DNA of 64,000 nt, from the NCBI GenBank assembly GCA_010093605.1, contig MU004195.1, forward strand, positions 558,001-622,000. Reading direction: 5' to 3'. Positions 45,571 through 55,359 of the stretch are shown in pieces (position 1 is the first letter of the stretch; every line of letters begins with the position of its first letter). A program made the translations under genes and the position numbers. The notes under the pieces were generated by a model. That model worked only from the letters and a program-made list of their open reading frames with translations. It was not told the DNA's origin and did not search any database. The DNA is from Lophium mytilinum. Taxonomy: Eukaryota.

Positions 45571-47195
45571 CTACCTATTGGCTCTCTGGTTGGCCGCAGC
45601 CTGTCTCGCGCCTCTCACACGTTTGGTCTGGCCCTGCCCAAAAGGCCGAGCAGTTGACTCCATACCAGCATACACCCTTCCAGCAGTTGGGTGACTACTG
45701 CCTGATTTGATGTAGAACGCGAAATAACTCTCGGCATTATCCCCGCGATATATCTTCGGATCCTGTGAAAGCATCTTGTGCGTTGAATTTCTGACCCTCC
45801 AATCCGAAATCTCGTAGACCGGAGTTCTACCACGGATCACAGGCCCAGTCGTATGAGCGATGTAATGACCTTCGGTAATATTAGCTCCTATGTGTGACAC
45901 AACACCAGAGAGCTCGTAAATCAGGGTCAGATCCTTGTTCTCCTGGAAGTCAGTCAGGTTCAGCGTCTTATTGACTTTAATCTGGTCAAAGTTTTTGAAA
46001 ACAACACCGGTGCTCCCTGCGTTATCTCGCCTAATCTTGACGACCAGTATCTCAGGCGCGGAGACGATCCGTTCGGCCGAGGCTTGGTCTGTGGTTCTCG
46101 CGCAATTATCACAGTTGACTTTTATACTCTGGTCTGTGAACTTGTTGGCAACAACAGCTTGAAGGTTAGTGTCTGGTGTTGGGAATACTACGAGGGGAAA
46201 CTCATCGTCTGCACCGGCAGCTGATGGGCGCGTGGTAGAGCATACTTTGCACGTGTACCGTTGAACGATGCGAGTTGCAAAGAGGCCTTCGTACTGTTGT
46301 TGCCATGTTGGAATACCCACACTAGAGATGGTCAGCTATAGTATAAAGGGGAGGGAAAGATGATTCCGGGTCATGAAGTTCTAGGCACTCATTTACCACT
46401 ACTTAAAGTGCCCCAATTGGGGCCTTATATTTCCACGTGCCATGTCAAGCTTGACTTAGCGGAAACTGAGCTCCCCTTTGACTAGCCAGCTTTCTGCCAA
46501 GGCGGACACTCCCGACAGTATTGTCTAGTCATCAAAAGGAGTAATCAAGCGGTGGTAACTTCGTTTCCGGACTTATGGACTGGACGTAAAGAGAAAATGG
46601 AACTTACGGTCTCAAAGTGTGTAGCATTGCTCGTGAAACAAGCCATTCGAGGAATTCAGCAGCGTCTTCTTGCTGATTCCGGCTCAAGTCATGCCTCATG
46701 TTTGCGCGGCGTCTGATTCCCCATACGGCAGCATCAAAACTAACCACGTGGCTGTCCACACCTCTGCCATCCCAATACCGTTGTGCTATCCTTTTAAGAT
46801 TACAAATTGGGCAGTTCTGAGCTCTGGAGGTGGGGCTGCGAATAGCGCAAGCTGATGCGGGCGTTCCATTGTGCTGCTCTATCCAATTCAAGAATTGTGG
46901 AATATTGAGCAAGCCTTGCATAGTCGAGAGGCGGTAGCACTTTTCTCCGCCATTGGGGAGGCCTCTACTGCGACGGTTGAGGCAGCGAGCGGGCCATTGC
47001 TTAGATATTCCTGCAACCTGTGAGGTGTATTAGCTTATAAAACATATATACGAGATCAAATTGTCTTACATTCGCGGATCGGGTATTTTGTACAGCGTGA
47101 CCCAGGCCGCCAACTCGTCGCTGGCGTAAATCGCGTACTCGATTAGGGAGTGTGGCTCCCGGCTCCAGCCCGTTCAAGATGTTTGCTGGGGCCAT
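45571..47195 (-). CDS. Ubiquitin-specific protease (peptidase C19) paralog 1, 428 aa; introns 47018-47069 and 46322-46607
   Basis: Cys box GLPNGGEKCYRLSTMQGLL, QQEDAAEFL, fingers CKVC/CDNC, SAPEILVVKIRR, His box YELSGVVSHIG...GHYIA...ISD. Confidence 0.85.
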
Positions 47196-47510
47196 GACAG
47201 TATGTATTTTACAGAACTCTAGAGGTCTGAACTGATGTGATATTATTGGCCTTGATGTCTAGGAAACTTGCACCTTTTGAAAGGCGCGACTATCTATGTA
47301 CTTACATGAGTTAAGAGCATAAAGAAACTTGGCCGGCTCTCTTTGTTCTAGCAAACAATATAATTGTTCCTAAGTGCAGACAAAGCTACAGCTTGAATAA
47401 AGCCATCAATGAAAGCTGGATGGTTGCAAAAAATGGCAAATATCTACCAGAACTACGATCATTTGGTTTAACGTGTGAAAGTATGCTGGGCGAGTCATTT
47501 TGGCCTCTTA

Positions 47511-47895
47511 CAGTGACGGGCCACAAGTTTGGGCACACCGGGTCGCCACTGCTAGGCCCCCCCGCCCCCCCAAGGATTCAGAAGATCTATCGGCGATGTC
47601 GGTTTTTAAACAGTGCAGATCAGACTGCCTCTTAACTAACTAGCTGCTTTGCAGCCAGGCTACCCCCTACAGTAGTGTTAAGTAAGCAATATTAGAGCCT
47701 AGCAGTAATAGATCCACGTGTTATAGGATTTCAAAGAACTAAAGGCGATGTTAAGTTTTAAGCAGTGCAGGTTAGACAGCCTCTTAACTACGTAGCTCCT
47801 TAGCAGCCAGGCTACCCCCTACAGTGGTGTCGAGTGAGCAATACTAAAGCCAATCAGTGACAGTTAGGTGTGCCCAGACTTGTGGCCTAGTACTG
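47511..47895. mobile_element. Tc1/mariner-like MITE (385 bp) with internal ~150-bp tandem duplication
   Basis: TA|CAGT...ACTG|TA ends. The 29-bp TIRs CAGTGACGGGCCACAAGTTTGGGCACACC and CAGTACTAGGCCACAAGTCTGGGCACACC match at 24/29. Internal direct repeats at about 47574-47711 and 47726-47863. Confidence 0.85.
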
Positions 47896-48022
47896 TAAAC
47901 ACTCTATCTTGACTCAATCTTATATTCATTTGCTAGGTCTAAAACTTGGGACTTTTTGTACATGTAGTCGCATCAATAAATGAGCGTGTAGCAAAAACAG
48001 AAGGACTACTAGTTAGTTTTAC

Positions 48023-49425
48023 TTATGCTTTCCCTTTGCCGCGCTTTTTCGCGACTCTTCCCCCCATGACTCTCTTGTCTTTTCGCTTCTCCGGCACCGC
48101 CAATTGCGAATAAAGGCCCGTGTTTGTAGCCCGGGTGTAGAATAGTATGTAATTGTGATACGGCGCCGACTGTCCTCCCGGAGGAAAAGTATGTACCTTC
48201 GGATCCCGGCGAAGTGTGGCGGCATTACTCAGAAGGCAGTGACGATCCGAAATTGCGGTAACAACATGATTTTCCGGAGGGCCAGTAGTATGGGCAATAT
48301 AGTGTCCTTCTTGCATGGTCGCCCCGGCATGTGAAATAACACTTGAAAGCTCGTAGAGCAAGGGCATGCTCTTGTCCTCTTGATATGTAGTAAGATCCAA
48401 TTGCTGGTCAGCTCTGACACGGGTCGTTATTTTGTAAGCGCAATTTTTCTTCCTATCCCACCCCGTTCGTCGTAATTGAATGATCAAGATTTCCGGCGCG
48501 GACCTTATGGACGTCACTTCCGAGTGGTCTGTGTTCGCATTACATCTTGCATCCTGACAGTTTATCTGTTGAGTTGTTTGAGGCCTGAAATAATCGCGTA
48601 TACATCTCTGAAGACTGGTACTTGTCACAGTCATGTTGAGAATTGGAGCTTCGTCTATGCTTGGTGCGGTGGTACGCCGCGTTCCGCAGCCACCACAGGT
48701 TGCGTCTCTTCGGACCGTCGTAGCTAATAAGCCTAGGTATTGATCTTGCCAGCTCGCATTTGCCGTAGATTGGCGAACAACACTATGTAAGAGCCATCGG
48801 AGGAACTCTTCTGCATCTTCTTGGCTGGAGTCATCCACTCCGACAGGATACCCATCTTGATCGTTTTGCAAAAAGTGGAGGGGAAAGGGTGGAAGTTGAG
48901 CAAGATGCCAAACCGCACGGTCGAAGTTCCGAAGAAGGCGCTGGAAATTCGCGGGAGGAACAACACCAAGCGCACCACTCCCCCAATACAAATTAGCGAT
49001 GATTTTGAGTTGGCAAACTGGACAGTTGACGTTCTGTGGTAGTAGGCCATCCAGAGAGCATGTGTGAGGGCCCACGTTGTGCTGCTTTAGCCAGTCTAAG
49101 AACTGAGGAATGTGCAACAGGCTTTGCATGGTACATCTGCGGTAACAAAAGTTTCCCGGGTTGCTGAGGCCTCTACTAGGCTGATCATAGTAAAGGATAG
49201 GCCATTTCTTGGAGTACTGTGTGACCTGTGAAAAGCGTCAGCGAATCTTGTCCCTCAGCTTTGAATGTCAATACTTACAGAGCTCAAACGCGCTTGCTGC
49301 AGAAGACTACCTCGGCCCCTAATGTTCTGGGCAGGTCGTTGCCGGGCGCTGCGGCGGAGACGATCAGGAAGCTCGAACTCAGGCTTCAGGCCGTTCGTTA
49401 TGTTTCGTGGTATTCCTCGTGCCAT
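48023..49425 (-). CDS. Ubiquitin-specific protease (peptidase C19) paralog 2, 449 aa; intron 49226-49278
   Basis: Cys box GLSNPGNFCYRRCTMQSLL, SQEDAEEFL, CGGC/CQDARC fingers, SAPEILIIQLRR, YELSSVISHAG...GHYIA...ISD, and a basic C-terminus KKRGKGKA. Confidence 0.87.
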
Positions 49426-49687
49426 GATGAGTGTCTTTTTGTTAAGAAGGGATGAGGATGTTTACGAGAATTCTCAGCCTTCCAGAGGGCACGTAGTGTC
49501 ATTTATGAATGGCCATTTTTGCTATTGTCCATTGCTATTGTCCGAAAGAATAGAACAAAGATTTGGCCGGCTGGGATCTTTATTATACGGAAACAATAGC
49601 ACAATGGCATTATCGTACGAGAAGACAAGGCGAATTGTGGACAAAGAATTAGGGCTTAGAGTGAGACGATGCGTATTATCGTGTTCA

Positions 49688-49764
49688 TCGTGAATAATCA
49701 GTCACGTGATCTGATCTGATGAAATTTGCTGCCAAAATCATATCACGTGACGAAATCTTCACGA
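49688..49764. repeat. Imperfect 28-bp inverted repeat, each arm with a TCACGTGA E-box palindrome
   Basis: 49688-49715 TCGTGAATAATCAGTCACGTGATCTGAT versus the reverse complement of 49737-49764, TCGTGAAGATTTCGTCACGTGATATGAT. Loop of 21 nt. Confidence 0.75.
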
Positions 49765-50000
49765 AAAACACAGTGGGTAGAACATCATGATGTGCAGCAA
49801 GTGAAATCCCTCTAAATGACGATTTTACATGACAGCTCGATGTCATTTCCAGAAGCTGCATATTGAAAGAGTGATTAGACGTATTTAGAAAACCCTACAG
49901 ACCATGCATCACCCTCCATTATTACACCTTTGTCCAACCAAAACGCAGTACACATCTCCGTGATGAGCAACACCACAAAGTCGCCGATTTCGACCTGAAC

Positions 50001-50588
50001 TTAAGACACTGTAATGAACAAGCCGAGAGGCGGGCTAATCCCCTGAAAGAACCTCATATCCAGCCCATGTGCCGAGTCAATCCGGTAGCCAAGCGTCGTC
50101 CCCGCTGCACACGGCCCGCTGTAGATGGTGTAGTCCTGCCCAGCATCGAGATGCTTCACGTCGCCGAAAATCTTTCCAGCGGGAGCATTCGAATAGGTCG
50201 TGCTTGTAGACGCGGGCATAGCCAGTTGCTGAACCGTGATGCCGCCATCGGAGTCAGCCGTGTAAACTGGCCATCGTTGTTGAGATCCGTCCGGGTAGAG
50301 AAAGACGAGATTGCATGTCTTGCCCGCGTAGCTCGTGGGGATGTCAAAGTTGAAAAGGCTGGACACGGTTGGCGAGACTATGCCTTCATAGCTCGTGCCC
50401 ATAGCCGTTTCAGGGTGCGAACTGTCAATCGGAATGATGAGGTGCGGGACTTGGTAGCTCCCAGATAGCTCGTCCGGACTGGACGTTGGCACAGTCGTTA
50501 CAGTCGGCGTGGTTTGACTCGTGATCCTGGTGATGATTGGGTTGGATGTGGTGATAGTATGGATGGAGAAATGCACGGTGGTTCTCAT
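50001..50588 (-). CDS. But2-like C-terminal domain ORF, probably the 3' part of the upstream GH17 gene
   Basis: Thr-rich linker then LSGSYQVPHLIIPIDSSHP...VSSLFNFDIP..YAGKTCNLVFLYP...FFQ...PPLGLFIT. No signal peptide of its own. Confidence 0.7.
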   Translation of the reverse strand: MRTTVHFSIHTITTSNPIITRITSQTTPTVTTVPTSSPDELSGSYQVPHLIIPIDSSHPETAMGTSYEGIVSPTVSSLFNFDIPTSYAGKTCNLVFLYPDGSQQRWPVYTADSDGGITVQQLAMPASTSTTYSNAPAGKIFGDVKHLDAGQDYTIYSGPCAAGTTLGYRIDSAHGLDMRFFQGISPPLGLFITVS

Positions 50589-50761
50589 ACGGGTTAACGT
50601 GCCTAGACTCGGGTTAGAAAGGTTGCTTGCGATGATTTAGAAGTTCGCTCAGCTACTGATCAAAAGCGCTCCACTGCTGCTCGAATTGGACTTGCTACTG
50701 TTATTCTTCACCCCCATTAGCAAGGAAAACGGAAGCACACTACTTTTAGTTGAGCGGTGCT

Positions 50762-51858
50762 TCAGTCTTTATTGCCTGGGGGCAGCAGAGTGGCAATGTC
50801 GCATCCAAGGAGCTGTAGCGATCAGTAGCAAACGGGAACCAGATTACTTACAGCACCGCTGCTCCCTGCTGGGCAGGTCAAATCGAACAAGGGGGTGGTT
50901 GATAGTGTAGGGCCACCAACAAGACCAAAACTTGGGCTAGGCGTATTCGGCTCAGCATCTTGGAGGGTATACCAATACGTGTTGATATTGCCAAGGAGGC
51001 TGCACGCAGTTTGCTTCCAGTATGTCTGGGCATTGTCGATGCTGGCCACAGCCAGATTCTCCGTTGGTCCGCTGACGGGCCAGCCGGTTTCTGTCACCCA
51101 GACAGGCTTTCCTTGAGCAGCGCCCACGGTGGCGTCATAGGCATCGAAAAATGTGGCATTGGAACCCGCAATGTCATTGTCGATGGTGTTTTGAAAGTAT
51201 GGGTACTACACAATAATTAGCGTTATACGCAGGGTGAACGGTACCTACTCACAGCATCTACTCCTAGAAAGTCGCAGGCAGAGATCAGGGCGTTATTGGA
51301 GGCGTTGACGTATGCCGTCCAGGTGTCAACATGGCCGATCACCGCTCCACTGGCTCCAGTTCCCTGGACTGCTTGTCGGACCTGGCTGATGTAGCTCACA
51401 AGCTCATCGGGCTGAGCACCAACCCCGGACTTGTTGATGATTCCCGTAGGGGAATTGCGGTAAAGGTCCTCGCTGCCAACAGAGATGCCAACTATCAAAT
51501 CGGTAAGAGATGTTCCGTATTGGCTGATCGCAGCGTTGAGAGCAGCAATCTCGTTGTTGAAAGCGGCTGATCCCGCGGAGGCCCAGAGGCCTAGGAGGAG
51601 AGTTGTTTTAGTGGAAATGGCCGCGGGAATAGCTGAGATGGGCGTATTTGTCGTTCCGCCCTGGATCATAGTGTACAGGCGTGCACTAGTGAAACCGCTC
51701 GCGCCAACGAGACCTTGTGCAGTCGTGAATTCGGCCTCAAAGTCCGATTGCTGTTTGTTGGCTCCGTTGTTGAAGGTGCTGCCATAATTGAAGCCGCGCA
51801 GCTGAGCATTAGCGGTTGCGAAAGCGGCAGTAAAGCCAAATGCGAGTGAGACGCGCAT
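50762..51858 (-). CDS. eglC: GH17 endo-1,3-beta-glucanase (EglC-like); intron 51206-51252, 3' end uncertain
   Basis: Signal peptide, [77 protein letters not shown]. Confidence 0.88.
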
Positions 51859-52736
51859 GTTGAAGAAGGAAGCGCGAAGAAGAAGTTTTATCGAATTAAA
51901 TGAAGAGTTGAAAGGGCATTCAAGGTATCAAAGGTAGGCGTTGAGAATGCGGAACGTAAGAGGAAAAACTCGTTGCTTAAGAAGTAAGTAGTAGGTGACG
52001 TATAAAGCTGGCCAGGCACAAGACGGCGGATTCTAGCTTGCAAACATTTTGAGAAGTGGAGACCCCAACCTCAACCTCCAGGAAACCGCAAGCCGGGGAC
52101 CGCCCACACGCCGGAGAGAAGTAGTACATGAGCAACTTTTTGTAAGCGACCGCCCGACCTCACCTGTGGATCGCCACCAACGATTTACGGGATTCAATGA
52201 CACAGATTCGCCACACGCGAGGCTCGTAGCCATTGAAATTTCTGTAACTGCCACGCTACGGATCATACGTAGCAGCTGCGCAAGCCGTGTGCGTGTTCCA
52301 CTCATATGCAGATATACTACGGCACACCGGCCGGGGTACAATGCTGTCTTACGAACGAACATCAGGGACATACGTGTTCCTGATGATCGCTTCCGTTCGG
52401 TTGCGGGAGTCAATAGAGCCTTCCGTCATCAAGCTCGAGATAAGATTTGTCCTCTAATTTACGGAACAAAAGAGGAAGTCCTATTGATACTCGTGGCTAG
52501 TCAACAGCTGCGTCGTGGGTTGAACATTAGCTGGGTGTGACCGGGTGAAGTTGAGCCTTGACTCTCCATAAGAGTCACTGAGAGCTACCAGATATTTGCT
52601 AGCGAAACATTTGAGAAGAAAACAGCGACCAGATCCTCATGAAAGATGAAATATGATGGAGATCGATGAAAACGCGTGTCTACGTTGCTTCACGGAAAAG
52701 AGAGGGGTGCCGTCAACCTAAAGTAGTCGGTGACAA

Positions 52737-53372
52737 AATAATCATTCCCCGAACTAGTCCAGTTACAGCGTAGTTTTCTCCCCACATGTTAGACATGCAT
52801 ACGAAGTAGTCCTCCAGGCCTATCCATCTTTCAAGATTGTATGTTGTTATTTCCGGGTGGCCAAGATTAGAGCACTGGTCTCGAGGGCACATGGGGCAGA
52901 GAGAAATCTTCCTTCTCTCCCAATTGGAAGTTTTTGTGCACGCTTTTAGCGAACTGGGCACACGTCTGTAGTCCCTCCAAACCTATTCATCTCTCGGGCT
53001 GACCCGATGTCATTTCCGAGGGCACCCAGATTAGGAGCAGCTTCTTCCAGGGCTCTCATGCCTCTTCATCGTTCATAGTCTTACGATGCCATTACCGGGG
53101 CTCGTAAACCTGGCATCCGTCATTTACATATCGATATCTCCTCTCTCTAGCCTATAAGCGGAAACTAGACGTGTCGAGTCGATTGTTTGACAATGTGCAC
53201 AACTATCTGTAGCCTCTCAGGCCTATTCATCGTTTGCAATGTTGGATGTCGAGCCCGTGGAGGCATAGTATAGAACGTCGCGTTTCCAGCCACGGTCAGC
53301 TATATGAGGACTCTTACGCCTATCCAACTTCTTAATTCTCACGACGAATTTTCTAGTTTCCAAGATCTAGCT
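52737..53372 (-). repeat. Array of degenerate repeats (minus-strand copies), core GGAAATGACATC...GATGAATAGGCCTGAGAG
   Basis: Cores at about 52843, 53006, 53085, 53245 and 53343, with a weak one at 52737. Spacings 163, 79, 160 and 98 nt. Confidence 0.75.
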
Positions 53373-53393
53373 ATATATCGTGTTATAACGGAG

Positions 53394-55048
53394 TTAATAT
53401 GGTAAAGGGCACTGATACCTCCCAAACACTTTCTCCTCTGCTTCTTCAAATTCCCTCATGATCGTCTCTAGTCTCTTTTCGGAACGCGGTACTATCTCAC
53501 ATGCAAAGTCGACCGCGCCCACCAAGAAGCCAGCACTATACCCTGACTCGCTACTAACATCAATCTCAATCTCGCGACCCTCTTCATCTCTCGCAGCCTT
53601 GATGTCGAAGGCCCACAGTATTTTTACCATTCCAATGAACAGGTTGCGCTCTGCAAGGTGCATCCCCGGGCAAATCCGACGACTGGCGCCATACGAATAA
53701 TGATCGCGGTCCCTAGGATTGGCGGCTGTGGCAAGGTGGGAAGCCAGAGTCGCGCAGCCCTCAAAGTGCGACGGATCGAATACATCCGGATCTGGGAAGC
53801 GGACCGGGTCGTGGTTTAGGCCGTAGGCATTGAGAAAGATGGTGCTACCTTTCGGAATACGGTATCCATCAACAACGTCGTCCTCGGCCAAGACATGCGG
53901 AAAGGCTAAAGGGACGACAGGTCGCCATCGCATGGTTTCTTTGACGATAGCCGCGACGTAGGGGAGGTGGGTGCGATCAGCCCAGCCGGCGGACCTGTCT
54001 TCTCCGACAACAGCGTCGATTTCGAGGTGTGCTCTCCTTTGCACGGCGGGCCATTTAGCCATGGCGTTGATGAAAGCGATGATCATGGACGAGGAAGTAT
54101 CCGACCCCCCTTCCATGACTGTTCCGCAGAGAAATGCGGTTTGGTGTTCGTTGAGACCGAGATTTTCTTTCTGATCGAGGACATTTTCCATGAAAGATTG
54201 CTTGTTTCCCTCGATGCCGCGGCGTTGGATGACGAGGTCGATATACTGGGAGTAAAGGGCATTCATTTCTTTGTGAACGCTTCTAGCTCTTGAGGCCCAG
54301 TTGCCAAGGAACCGCTCTGGTATCCAGCGAAGGAACGGGAAGATATCGACTGGAGGTGTATTCCCAGGTTCCATGACCTGAGACCAATTTTCCATCAGGG
54401 CGTAGAGTTTCTTCATATGAGGAGTTTCTATATTGGGAGTGCGGATGCCGTAGACTGCAGACCATGCTCAACTTAGGAAGCAATAGCGAACGAATGAAAT
54501 ATCTTACTGAGGCTCATGATGATGCTGTTGCTAAAGCGCTTTGAGTGCAGCATATGACTACCTGGGGAGACGCACATGTCTCGAAGCATCTGGGTTGCCT
54601 CAGCGTTCACGAGAGTGACGTAGCTCTTCTCTACTACGCTTTCGTTGAAGAACTGGTGGACGAGCTTTCGGTAATTCCTCCATAGGCTTCCGTAATTCAT
54701 TGTCAGAATGTGATCCCCATCCGTAATGAGTGTATGGCCGACGTGGGAAACCGGTCTTCCACTGTAGATGGAGCTTTTCTTATCCAGCATCTCCTTCACC
54801 AGTCGCCGGTCCGTCAAAACAATCGCAGTCGTAGAGCCCAATTTGAGAGAATACATTCCGCCGTAATGTCTTGCCCATTCAGTGAACTTCAAGTGGGTTC
54901 TTCTCACTGCTATCTGGTGTAAATTCCCGATAATGGGTAGTGTCGGAGGGCCTGGAGGTAGATTGCCGGTCCTCCTACCCGACCAGAGTAGGGCATAAGT
55001 GATAGAACTAAAGACGACTATAAGAACGGCAGTGTTGATATCATACAT
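53394..55048 (-). CDS. Cytochrome P450 monooxygenase (CYP619/CYP620-like); intron 54455-54507
   Basis: N-terminal anchor, PPGPPTLPIIGNLHQ, EGGSDTS (I-helix), KETMRW (ExxR), FDPSHF, heme motif YGASRRICPG. Confidence 0.95.
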
Positions 55049-55080
55049 GTTGATGGTGGTAAAGACGGGGTCGGCTTAAA

Positions 55081-55133
55081 CACCGACGTGAGAGGCACCG
55101 ACGTGAGAGGCACCGACGTGAGAGGCACCGACG
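55081..55133. repeat. 15-bp minisatellite (CACCGACGTGAGAGG)x3.5 in the P450 5' UTR/promoter
   Basis: Three perfect units plus CACCGACG, starting 33 nt upstream of the P450 ATG. Confidence 0.95.
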
Positions 55134-55359
55134 AAGCTAGGAAATGGGAGATTGAGAGGAAGAGGAACTTTGATTGCGAGGGAAGACATTCGGAACAAGC
55201 GGGGGTGCATCGGTTGAAGGCAAATAAGCTGTGAGACATGCGGAAGGGACTCGTCCGAATTGTCTGAGTTGTACATGCTGTGCTACAAGCTGGTCCGGCA
55301 ATGAATGGCCTTTTGATTGGCTACCTCATATGCTTATATCCCAGCCCCACCCGGCGATG

